Shown here: in pieces, positions 39,431 through 48,312 of the stretch
Numbering within the stretch: the first letter of the stretch is position 1
How the letters are laid out: each line of letters opens with the position of its first letter
Source: Candidatus Eiseniibacteriota bacterium
GTDB taxonomy: Bacteria > Eisenbacteria > RBG-16-71-46
Length of the DNA stretch: 64,000 nucleotides
NCBI GenBank assembly: GCA_963707915.1
Contig: OY970178.1
Location: 736,001 to 800,000 of the forward strand
Reading direction: 5' to 3'
The notes under the pieces: generated by a model
Databases searched by the model: none
Told to the model about the DNA's origin: nothing
The model's input: only the letters and a program-made list of their open reading frames with translations
Position numbers and translations under genes: made by a program

Positions 39431-40003
39431 ATGAGACTGACGGGGGCAACGGCGGTCGTGGTGGCGACGCTGCTGGGGGCGGTCGTTACGGGCGACGCGC
39501 GGGCCACTGAGGAGTCCCCGCTAGAGGTCGCGCAACCGATCTGGTGCGAGAACGGCGTCGTCGTCTCGACCGTCACGGTCATTGTGATGAGAGGATCGGC
39601 GTGGCCAGGACTTGCGGTTGCGTGGACGGCAAAGCCGAACTTCGTACAGCGAGAAGGGAACGATGCGCCGCTCAGTCGAAACGCGGCAGCGATGTACGGG
39701 ATCGAGGTGAAGGTGTTGGAGGGGCGAGGTTGGCCGAGCCAGGCCTTCTCCTATGCCGACACGCTGGACACGCTGAATGTAGTCCTGGATCTTCGGAGGC
39801 TGAATCCAGGCGCCTCCTACTTGGCTGATTCGCTGGTGGTGGAGGCCACGGTGGAGTGCATCCTGACGAACGCAGGGCATGATCAACCATCGGCCCGCCA
39901 CGTGAATCTGACCGTCGAGGGGTCGCAGCGTTATGCCTACCTCCAACGGGTGTACCCGCTGGGCGACTATCGGACGCTTCCTCGACGTCGGGCCTTTGAC
40001 TAG
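39431..40003 (+). CDS. Exported hypothetical protein
   Basis: Signal peptide with an ARA cleavage site; GGAGG RBS. Confidence 0.6.
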   Translation: MRLTGATAVVVATLLGAVVTGDARATEESPLEVAQPIWCENGVVVSTVTVIVMRGSAWPGLAVAWTAKPNFVQREGNDAPLSRNAAAMYGIEVKVLEGRGWPSQAFSYADTLDTLNVVLDLRRLNPGASYLADSLVVEATVECILTNAGHDQPSARHVNLTVEGSQRYAYLQRVYPLGDYRTLPRRRAFD

Positions 40004-40491
40004 GCGGGCCGTGGCCCGCCGGAGGATGTGACGGCGGGGTGGCTCGCACGATGCCGCGCAGGTCGAGACGCGATTCCCTTGGGAGACTCGAAGCGTTGAT
40101 TCGAGAGCACGAGCCCGCGTTAGTCCTGCTGGATGTGGATGAGGCGCCAAGCGAGGCGGGGCAGATGAAGGCGAATGCCTTGTGCAGGCGGCTGAACGTG
40201 GCGTTGCTGTTCTTCGTGGGGCAACGCGGGCCGGATGGGCGGGTCGTGGACCCCGGGAAGGGCCCCGCGTCGCGCGGCCGACTCTGCTTGGCTTACTCTG
40301 CCGGCCGGGCGAACTTCCGTTTCACGCGAACGTCCACCATCCGCCGGATGGCCGGGCAAGCTATGCGACCCCACTCCATTCTCCGAAACATGATCGCACG
40401 GAATTCCTGCCGCCATGATAGGCTTGAGTCGTTTCGCGTTCAGGGGAACGCCTGAGTCCCCGTCACTTTGCGGTTAGAGGAGGCCGCCGCC

Positions 40492-41067
40492 ATGCGAACC
40501 AGCCCTGCTCTGATTGCAGCCCTGCTCCTTCTGCTGTCGGCGCCCGCGGGTGCGGACGTGTTCGAGATTCCGCTTCCCGAATTGGCGTGGACCTACGGAC
40601 CACAAAGTCCCGACCCGCGGACTGTCACGTTCCACCTTCCTGGCATTCCAGCCGTCATTCACGGCGCGTCCTTGCGTGTTCGAGGCACGACCGAAGTAGG
40701 CATCGTCCGCTGTGACCCCCCGCGTGGGGATTACCCCTGGGTGCCCTCTACCCTGGGCGAGATGTTCGCCGGGCCGGAGCAGTATTGGACCAGCCAAGCC
40801 ACGAATCCGCCGGTGGCCGGAGCGTTCGAGATGGTCACCCCGTTCGTGTTCCTTTCGTTCGACCACACCCCCGCGAATTGGACCTTCCTGGCCGACGGAG
40901 AGGGCACGATCTGGTTTTACGGGGCCATGGTGAGCGAAGTTCTCGATTGCATCTACTTGAATCCTCCATCGGTCACCGTGACGGAGGCCACGCTGATCTT
41001 CGACGCGGACTTTCTCGTGCCGACCCAAGCCCAGTCCTGGGGACGAATCAAGGCCGCGTACCGCTGA
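40492..41067 (+). CDS. Secreted protein with an SWGxxKxxYR C-terminal motif
   Basis: GGAGG RBS, signal peptide, ends VPTQAQSWGRIKAAYR. Read on the + strand directly from the sequence. Confidence 0.75.
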   Translation: MRTSPALIAALLLLLSAPAGADVFEIPLPELAWTYGPQSPDPRTVTFHLPGIPAVIHGASLRVRGTTEVGIVRCDPPRGDYPWVPSTLGEMFAGPEQYWTSQATNPPVAGAFEMVTPFVFLSFDHTPANWTFLADGEGTIWFYGAMVSEVLDCIYLNPPSVTVTEATLIFDADFLVPTQAQSWGRIKAAYR

Positions 41068-41225
41068 TTGTTCGTCGCGCCTGGAAGCACATCGCGTCGG
41101 CCGTGACGGGCGTGGCGCCCATCCTCCCTTGGCTAAAGTAAGGAAAACCAAAAATGAAGGGACTGGAAGGGATAACCGGGTAGGGTGGTTCAGTTTCCCC
41201 TTGACAAGTCGGGCAGTGGACGCCC

Positions 41226-41651
41226 GTGAAGAGCAAGCTGTACGCGGGTGAGACGCTCCTAGGCACGCTGACGCCATCGGGGCCACCTGCCGCGGGGTTC
41301 TGGGCCTCATACACATTCGACCCTGAATCGGCGTTTGAAGCCTACCGGGCGACACTGGCGGGGGTGAGTCGGTCGGAGCTTGATTGGGTCCAGGCCAGTG
41401 AGGATCCTGCCGCCATGTTCGCGGAGGTGGCTGCCGCTGCCGACAGGCGTTGGGCAGCAGCGGAGAAGCTGAACCTCCGGATGGTCACAGAGGGGTGGCC
41501 GGACAGTTTGCTCACGTGGATTCTCATCGATGGTAACCGCGCAACCGTGCGGGGCGCGCACCTGCGTTTCGAAGCAAAGGGGAATCCGGGCAGCGGCGAG
41601 GTCTCTGAGACCGGCACCAAGACCGGCACCAGACCCGGAGAGAGAGGTTGA
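41226..41651 (+). CDS. Hypothetical protein whose 3' end runs through the arm-like repeat
   Basis: 141-aa ORF ending ETGTKTGTRPGERG. Confidence 0.45.
   Translation: MKSKLYAGETLLGTLTPSGPPAAGFWASYTFDPESAFEAYRATLAGVSRSELDWVQASEDPAAMFAEVAAAADRRWAAAEKLNLRMVTEGWPDSLLTWILIDGNRATVRGAHLRFEAKGNPGSGEVSETGTKTGTRPGERG
41607..41633 (+). repeat. Arm-site-like tandem motif, copy 3
   Basis: GACCGGCACCA twice in direct repeat, about 80 bp upstream of the tRNA. Confidence 0.6.
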
Positions 41652-41711
41652 GGGGATGCCGTTGGCGAGTTGCGTAAGTCGAAGCGTGCAAGCGATAGTG
41701 GCCCGCGTTGT

Positions 41712-41788
41712 GGCCCCGTAGCTCAGACGGATAGAGCAGCGGTTTCCTAAACCGCGTGCCGCAGGTTCGACTCCTGCCGGGGCCACCA
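41712..41788 (+). tRNA. tRNA-Arg(CCT)
   Basis: Acceptor stem GGCCCCG/CGGGGCC, anticodon arm GCGGT-TTCCTAA-ACCGC, T arm GCAGG-TTCGACT-CCTGC, encoded CCA. Confidence 0.97.
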
Positions 41789-41914
41789 CGCTGCAGCGGC
41801 TTCGCCTTCACGCGACGCCCGATTGAGTGCGCCGCCCAACGCATCGGCGAGGATGGATCGCGCTCGCGACCAGCGGGGAAGGCTTGGCGCGGCCCGCGGC
41901 ACCGCGCGCGTCGG

Positions 41915-43030
41915 CTACTTCGTCGCGCCCGGCAGGCCCCGGCCGGTGACCAGGTAGGTGGCGAAGCTGCCCAGCCAGTGGCCACCCTCGTAGTGCTCAC
42001 CGGTCACGCGCGGGAGCGAGGCCTCGCGGTGGCGCCGGGCAAGCGCCAGCAGCCCCGGCCGTCGTGGGTCCGCCTCGGGCAGCCGCGCCGCGATCCCTTC
42101 CGCCATCCACGCCCTCGACAGGTTCAGGCCATCGAGGTGCGCGAGCTTGGGGTCGCTCGGGTCGGTCACGACGCCCGGCTCGAGCCAGTCGCTGCGGCCA
42201 TCGCGCGGCAACTGCGGCAGGAACGCGTCCAGCCAGCGGGCGAACTCCTTCGGCGGCAGGACACGGCCGACGACGTCCGCCTCCGCCAGGCACGGGGAGA
42301 GGAAGTCCTCGCCCGAGGGCTCGTAGTCGAGCGGGCAGCCGCGGTCGCCGACGTAGAAGCGCTTCACCGCGGCATCGAACACCTCGCCGCTCGCGCTGTC
42401 GCCGACCACTCGTGCCCAGTCGAGCGCCAAGCCGAGCGCGAAGGCGGTCTGGTTGTGCTCGCCGATGCGGATCGGCTCGGTGAGCTTCGGCAGCCACGTC
42501 GTCATCCGCTGCGCGCAGACCCGCGCCAGGGGCGCGACCGCGGCGGCCCACTCGCGCGCCTGCGGGTCGTTCCACTGGACCAGCTCCGCATGCAGTTGCA
42601 GCAGCCAGGCGAGCCCGTAGGGCCGCTCGAACGACGCGCGGCCGGGCGTCTCGAGGTAGCGCAGCTCGACCGCGATCCGCTCCGGCGTCAGGCTCGCGGC
42701 CAGCGCGGCGCGCGCCCGCGGCGCGAAGGGAGCGTCCGGATACCAGCGGGCGAGACGCGCCAGCAACCAGTGGCCGTGCACCGCCGAGTGCCAGTCGAAA
42801 CACCCGTAGAACGCCGGCGTCAGCGTGCGCGGAGGCAGGACGTCCGCGTCGCTGGCGAGCACGTGGGCGAGCTTGTTGGGGTACTCCTGGTGCACGCAGG
42901 CCAGCGCGAGGTCGGCGAACCGCTCGACCGCCGAGGCGGGCAGGGTCTCGGCAGCGCACGCGGGACCGGCGGGCCGGGCCAGCGCCAGCAGGGCGAGGGC
43001 AGTCGCGAGCAAGCGTGCGAGGCGGCGCAT
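41915..43030 (-). CDS. DUF2891-family protein
   Basis: EYPNK, FYGCFDWHSAVHGHW, FERPYG, HLDGLNLSRAW, YEGGHWL. Confidence 0.85.
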   Translation of the reverse strand: MRRLARLLATALALLALARPAGPACAAETLPASAVERFADLALACVHQEYPNKLAHVLASDADVLPPRTLTPAFYGCFDWHSAVHGHWLLARLARWYPDAPFAPRARAALAASLTPERIAVELRYLETPGRASFERPYGLAWLLQLHAELVQWNDPQAREWAAAVAPLARVCAQRMTTWLPKLTEPIRIGEHNQTAFALGLALDWARVVGDSASGEVFDAAVKRFYVGDRGCPLDYEPSGEDFLSPCLAEADVVGRVLPPKEFARWLDAFLPQLPRDGRSDWLEPGVVTDPSDPKLAHLDGLNLSRAWMAEGIAARLPEADPRRPGLLALARRHREASLPRVTGEHYEGGHWLGSFATYLVTGRGLPGATK

Positions 43031-43277
43031 GCGGGCATCATACCCGCGGAACGGCCCCGGGCAAGTCGGTGCGACCCCGGTCCCGGCAGGCCCGCTCGAC
43101 CGTGCCGGGGCCCCCTCGCGTGGTAGCCGTTGGTACCGTTGAGCGGGCCCGCCGGGTGGCGCACAGTCTGAGGCGAAGTCCGTGCGTTCGTCCGGGTTCC
43201 CGCCGAGGAGCCCGTTTCGCGCCCAGCCGCGTGGCCGCGTCCTCTGGGTACCACCTCCACGTTGGAGATGCGACCGA

Positions 43278-44636
43278 ATGACCGTCCCCGCCACGCACAC
43301 CACCGAAGGCGCCGCGCCGGCGCGCCCGAAACCGTCCGCCGGCCTGTTCTCCGAGCGCACCCACCAGCTCGGCACCGAGAACGCCTTCAAGGTCGGTCCG
43401 TACATCAAGGCGATCGAGGACGCCGGCCACCGGGTCATCAAGTGCAATCTCGGCGAGCCCGATTTCCCGCTGCCCCGGCACATCGCCGACGAAGTGAAGC
43501 GCTGCATCGACCTCGACATGACCCACTACGTCGATCCCCAGGGCATCCTGCCGCTGCGCGAGGCGATCGCGGCGCACATGACCCGCACTCGCGGCATCGC
43601 CGTGACGGCCGACCGGGTCGTGGTGTTCCCGGGCGCCAAGCTGCCGATCGGCTTCTGCCAGCAGACCTACTGCAACCCGGGCGACGAAGTGATCTACCCC
43701 AGCCCGGGCTTCCCGATCTACGAGTCGTTCACGTCGTACATGAACACCCGGCCGGTGCCGCTGCACCTGCGCGAGGAAGCGGGCTTCAGCTTCGGGGGTC
43801 GCGAGCTCGAGGCGCTGATCACCCCGCGCACCCGCCTGATCATCCTGAACTTCCCGTCGAATCCCACCGGCGGCGTCGCGACGCGCGACCAGCTCGAGGA
43901 GATCGCCGCGGTCATCCGTCGCAAGGCCCCGCCGCAGACGCGCGTCTACTCGGACGAGGTCTACGAGGACATCCTCTTCGACGGCAACCGGCACCTGAGC
44001 ATCGCCGCGCTGCACGGCATGGCCGGGCGCACCATCATCGTGGGCGGGGTGTCGAAGTCGTACGCCTGGACCGGCGGGCGGCTCGGCTGGGCCGTGATGC
44101 CGACGGCCGAGGAGGCGGCGATCCAGAAGAACCTCAACATCAACTACTTCTCGTGCGTGCCCGCCTACAACCAGATGGGCGCCCGGATCGCGCTCGAATC
44201 GCCCGCGAGCGTGGCGGAGATCGCCCGGATGGGCGCGGCATTCCAGCAGCGGCGCGACGTGATGGTCGCCGGCCTGAACGCCATCCCGGGGATCCGCTGC
44301 AAGACCCCCGGCGGCGCGTTCTACCTGTTCCCCAACATCGGAGCCCTGTGCGAGTCGATCGGCGCGATCGAGGCCCACGCCGGGCTCGCGCCCGCCGTGC
44401 GCGCGCGCACCAGCCCCGCGGGACTGTTCCAGATGTTCCTGTTGTGGCAGCATCACGTCGCGACCCTGGACCGCGGCTCGTTCGGCCGGGTCGGGTCCGA
44501 CGGCCAGCACTACCTCCGTCTGTCCATCGCCACCGGCCTCGAGGACCTCGAGAAGGCGCTCGCGATCATCCGCCGGGCGTCGCTGGACAAGGACGGCTTC
44601 GGCAAATTCGTCCAGGAAGGCAGGCACCTGTGGTAA
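43278..44636 (+). CDS. Class I/II PLP aminotransferase
   Basis: GEPDF, NFPSNPTG, SDEVY, SKSYAWTG.RLG, GAFYLFP. Confidence 0.9.
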   Translation: MTVPATHTTEGAAPARPKPSAGLFSERTHQLGTENAFKVGPYIKAIEDAGHRVIKCNLGEPDFPLPRHIADEVKRCIDLDMTHYVDPQGILPLREAIAAHMTRTRGIAVTADRVVVFPGAKLPIGFCQQTYCNPGDEVIYPSPGFPIYESFTSYMNTRPVPLHLREEAGFSFGGRELEALITPRTRLIILNFPSNPTGGVATRDQLEEIAAVIRRKAPPQTRVYSDEVYEDILFDGNRHLSIAALHGMAGRTIIVGGVSKSYAWTGGRLGWAVMPTAEEAAIQKNLNINYFSCVPAYNQMGARIALESPASVAEIARMGAAFQQRRDVMVAGLNAIPGIRCKTPGGAFYLFPNIGALCESIGAIEAHAGLAPAVRARTSPAGLFQMFLLWQHHVATLDRGSFGRVGSDGQHYLRLSIATGLEDLEKALAIIRRASLDKDGFGKFVQEGRHLW

Positions 44637-47017
44637 CCACCGACGCCACCCGGAGTGCGCGGCCCATGACGTTCGGTCCGCGCCGCGGCGTTCACCTCGA
44701 CATCCGCGACGCGATCGCGCGCGACGGCGCGCCGCTCGACGCCGCCACGCTCGGGCACTTCGAGGCGTTCGACCAGGTGTACCGCGCTCTGGTCGCGGCG
44801 ATGTTCAACTACGTGCCGCTCTCGGGGCATCCCGGTGGCTCCATCTCGTCGGGCCGTTTCGTGCAGGCGCTGCTGTTCGGCACGCTCGACTACGACCTTT
44901 CCCGCCCCGACCGCGACGATGCCGACCTGGTGTCGTACGCCGCCGGCCACAAGGCGCTGGGGCTGTACGCGCTGTGGGCGCTGCGCAACGAGGTCGCGCG
45001 CCTGGCGGCGCCCGAACTGCTCCCGAAGGACGGCGCGCATCAACTGCGGATCGAGGACCTGCTCGGGTTCCGCCGCAACCCGATCACGCCGACGCCGCTG
45101 TTCACGAAGTTCGAGTCCAAGGCGCTCGACGGTCACCCGACCCCCGGCACGCCGTTCGTCCGGCTCGCGACCGGGGCGTCGGGCGTCGGGCTGCCCGCGT
45201 CGATCGGCCTCGCCTGGGGCGCCGCCGACACCTACGGCGCCGACGCGCCCCGCGTGCACATCGTCGAGGGCGAGGGCGGAATGACGCCCGGCCGCGTGGC
45301 CGAGGCGCTCGCCGCCGCCGGCACCGCCTCGCTGGGCAACGTCATCCTGCACGTGGACTGGAACCAGGCCTCCATCGACTCCAACCGCGTCTGCCGCGAC
45401 GGCGACCAGCCTGGCGACTACGTCCAGTGGACCCCGGCCGAATTGGCGTACCTGCACGACTGGAACGTGATCGAAGTCGCCGACGGCTTCGACTACCAGC
45501 AGGTCTTCGCCGCGCAGCGCGCCGCCCTGGCGCTGGACAACGGGCAGCCCACCGCGATCGTGTACCGCACCGTGAAGGGCTGGAAGTACGGCATCGAGGG
45601 CCGCGCCTCGCACGGCGGCGGGCACCCGTTGTGCTCCGAGGGCTTCTACACCGCCGTGGCGGGACTGGGCGAGACCCGGCCCGACTCGTTCCCGCGTTGC
45701 GACCACGGCCCGCAGCGCTGCGGTGCCGGCGCCGATCCCGCCGTGGTCGAGGCCTGCTTCTGGGAGGCGCTCGGCGTGGTGCGTGACGCGCTGGCCCGGC
45801 GGGGTCCGGCGGTCCAGGCGCTGGCGGGGCGCCTGCGGGACGCGCGCGAGCGACTCGAGCAGCGGGCGCTCGCGCCCCGCCCCGGCGCGCCGGACCTCGC
45901 CGCCGCCTACGCCGCCGCCGTGCAGGTGACGGAGGTGGTGCCGGCCGGGCTGGCGCTCAAGCCCGGGGCCAGGGCCACGCTGCGTGACGCGCTCGGCATG
46001 ACGCTCGGCCACTACAACCAGCTGACCGGCGGCGCGTTCGTGGTGGCGGCCGCCGACCTGCTCGGTTCGACCAGCGTGAACAAGGCCGCCGAAGGCTTCC
46101 CGGCCGGCTTCTACAACCGCCGCACGAACCCGCTCGCGCGGACGCTCTCGATCGGCGGCATCTGCGAGGACGCGATGACCGCGATGCTGGCGGGCATCGC
46201 CGCGTTCGGCCGCCACAGCGGCGCGGGCTCGTCGTACGGCGCGTTCCTGGCGCCGCTGGGCCACATCGCCGCGCGGCTGCACGCCATCGGCAACCAGGCC
46301 CGCAACGCCGTGGACGGCGGTCCGTACCGGCCGTTCTTCCTGGTGTGCGCGCATGCCGGGCTCAAGACCGGCGAAGACGGTCCGACCCACGCCGACCCGC
46401 AGCCGTTGCAGCTGCTGCAGGGGAACTTCCCGCCCGGGACCATGATCACGCTGACGCCCTGGGACCCGCAGGAGATCTTCTTCCTGGTCTCGGCGGCGCT
46501 CGCGAAGCGCCCGGCTGTGATCGCGCCGTTCGTGACCCGCCCCCCGGAGACGGTCATCGACCGCGCGGCGCTCGGACTCGCCCCGGCGTCCGCGGCCGCG
46601 CAGGGCGTCTACCAGCTGCGTGCCGCGCAAGGCGCGGCCGCCGGCGTCGTGGTCCTGCAGGGCAGCGCGGTGACGTATGCGTTCATCGAGCAGGCGCTGC
46701 CGCTGATCGAGGCGGCGAAGCTCGCTCTCGACGTGTACGTGGTCACGTCCGCCGAGTTGTTCGACCTGCTCCCCGAGGCCGAGCGCGAGCGGGTCTTCCC
46801 CGAGGCGCAGCGCAAGCTGGCGATGGGGATCACGGACTTCACGCTGCCGACCATGGACCGCTGGCTGCTGTCGGAGCGCGGGCGCAAGGCGACGCTGCAC
46901 CCGTTCATGCACGGCCACTTCCTCGGCAGCGGCCAGGGCAGCGTGGTGATCGCCGAGGCGGGGCTCGACGGGAAGAGCCAGTTCGAGGCGATCCGGCGGT
47001 ACCTGCAGGGCGTGTAG
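44630..47017 (+). CDS. Transketolase-like ThDP enzyme (atypical)
   Basis: SGHPGG, AGH, LDGHP, GICEDAM, TGEDGPTH; ThDP motif reads GEGG...N. Start uncertain (GTG 44630 or ATG 44666). Confidence 0.8.
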   Translation: MVTTDATRSARPMTFGPRRGVHLDIRDAIARDGAPLDAATLGHFEAFDQVYRALVAAMFNYVPLSGHPGGSISSGRFVQALLFGTLDYDLSRPDRDDADLVSYAAGHKALGLYALWALRNEVARLAAPELLPKDGAHQLRIEDLLGFRRNPITPTPLFTKFESKALDGHPTPGTPFVRLATGASGVGLPASIGLAWGAADTYGADAPRVHIVEGEGGMTPGRVAEALAAAGTASLGNVILHVDWNQASIDSNRVCRDGDQPGDYVQWTPAELAYLHDWNVIEVADGFDYQQVFAAQRAALALDNGQPTAIVYRTVKGWKYGIEGRASHGGGHPLCSEGFYTAVAGLGETRPDSFPRCDHGPQRCGAGADPAVVEACFWEALGVVRDALARRGPAVQALAGRLRDARERLEQRALAPRPGAPDLAAAYAAAVQVTEVVPAGLALKPGARATLRDALGMTLGHYNQLTGGAFVVAAADLLGSTSVNKAAEGFPAGFYNRRTNPLARTLSIGGICEDAMTAMLAGIAAFGRHSGAGSSYGAFLAPLGHIAARLHAIGNQARNAVDGGPYRPFFLVCAHAGLKTGEDGPTHADPQPLQLLQGNFPPGTMITLTPWDPQEIFFLVSAALAKRPAVIAPFVTRPPETVIDRAALGLAPASAAAQGVYQLRAAQGAAAGVVVLQGSAVTYAFIEQALPLIEAAKLALDVYVVTSAELFDLLPEAERERVFPEAQRKLAMGITDFTLPTMDRWLLSERGRKATLHPFMHGHFLGSGQGSVVIAEAGLDGKSQFEAIRRYLQGV

Positions 47018-47184
47018 CCGTCGCCCGCGATCGCCGACGTCGTGGCGGGCGCTCCCCCGGGGCGCGCCACGCTGGCTCTCGCGCGTCCGGCCCGGCGGGC
47101 CCGTTGAGCGGGGCCCGGATCGGCACTACACTGCGGCCTCTCAGTCGAGGTACCCGGTCCGGCTCCAACCTCGGGAGGTACGCC

Positions 47185-47739
47185 GTGAAGGTCCGCTGCG
47201 CATCATGGCTGCTGGTGTGTATCGCGCTTGTGACGCTCGGCTGCGCCAAGGGCGATCGGGGGCCCACGGGTCCGGCCGGGCCCCGCGGCCCCGTCGGGAC
47301 GACGAATGTGATCTACTCGGAATGGTACAGTCCTGCCACCTGGGTCCTGGAGACGCAATTCGGCATCGTCTTCCGCACGTTCACCATGACGACGACCTCT
47401 CTGACGCAGGCCGTGATCGATAACGGCGTCGTGCTGGTCTACATCAGGCCCATCGGGCTCAATCCGGCCATCCTGCAGTTGCCCCAGGTAATCGGGGAGT
47501 ACTCCTTCCAACACCAGTCGCAGGCGGGATCCATCAAGGTCCTCTACTGCCTCACCGCCACTCCCGCGAGCGACCCGGGCGTCATTCCACCGGGCAACCA
47601 GGTCCGCTACGTCCTGATTCCCGGGGGCGTGCTCGATGCGGTGGCCTCCGCCGATGGCGGCACGCGCGACCAGTTGACCACCAGCCTGAAGTCCCTGTCC
47701 TACGCGGACGTCTGCCGGAAGTTCGCCGTCCAGCCCTAG
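47185..47739 (+). CDS. Lipoprotein with a short collagen-like repeat
   Basis: Lipobox TLGC, then GDRGPTGPAGPRGPVG, NVIYSEW; GGAGG RBS. Confidence 0.75.
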   Translation: MKVRCASWLLVCIALVTLGCAKGDRGPTGPAGPRGPVGTTNVIYSEWYSPATWVLETQFGIVFRTFTMTTTSLTQAVIDNGVVLVYIRPIGLNPAILQLPQVIGEYSFQHQSQAGSIKVLYCLTATPASDPGVIPPGNQVRYVLIPGGVLDAVASADGGTRDQLTTSLKSLSYADVCRKFAVQP

Positions 47740-47775
47740 GCGCCGCTCGGACAGACCGCAAGAGGGATCGAACGA

Positions 47776-47813
47776 GCACGGGGCCCGGGCGATGCACCGC
47801 CCGGGCCCCGTGC
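47776..47813. terminator. GC-rich hairpin between convergent genes
   Basis: Perfect 16-bp stem GCACGGGGCCCGGGCG with a 6-nt loop. Confidence 0.6.
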
Positions 47814-47826
47814 GTTTCGTCGCGGG

Positions 47827-48303
47827 TCAGCGCCCGGGGCGCTCCGCCACGCGGGCGCGCGCCGCGTTGAGCGCGCCGGGCGGCAGGTCGAGCAGGCCGC
47901 CCATCCGGCGGATGAGCGACGCCTCGTGCTGGGAGAGCACGCCGTCGGCGTCCACGACCCGCCACAGCAGCTCCGCGAGCTCGCCGCGCTCCGCCAGCGT
48001 GTAGCGCGCGTTGATGATCGCCGCGAACTGGTGCAGGTCCACGGCCTCGCGCAGCGACTCGTCGGCCGCCGTCATCAGCTCCCGCGCGCCCAGCTCGGTG
48101 AGTTGGAACTCGCTCACCAGGATGTCCGCGATGTGGGCGCGCTCGACCTCGCTGAATTCGCCGTCGGCCCGTGCCAGTTCCACCAGCAGCGCGCAGGCGG
48201 CGAGGCGCAGCGGGTCCTCGGCCGGGGACGCAGGCAGCGCGTCGTCGGCCGCGGGCTCCACCACGGGCGGGGGAGCGAGGTAGCGACGGATCAGGTCGAA
48301 CAT
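47827..48303 (-). CDS. TerB-family protein
   Basis: ALLVELARADGEFSEVE, LWRVVDADG..SQHE. Confidence 0.85.
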   Translation of the reverse strand: MFDLIRRYLAPPPVVEPAADDALPASPAEDPLRLAACALLVELARADGEFSEVERAHIADILVSEFQLTELGARELMTAADESLREAVDLHQFAAIINARYTLAERGELAELLWRVVDADGVLSQHEASLIRRMGGLLDLPPGALNAARARVAERPGR

Positions 48304-48312
48304 GGCGGCACT

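Noticed and set aside
40039..40455. Possible receiver-domain remnant
   Set aside because: Only a short PALVLLD resemblance, with no other motifs.
41130..41225. A-rich stretch with TTGACA as an IS end or promoter
   Set aside because: There is no matching -10, partner IR or transposase; the evidence is insufficient.
37680..41700. Integron attC array
   Set aside because: I could not find paired RYYYAAC/GTTRRRY boxes after the ORFs, and there is no intI.
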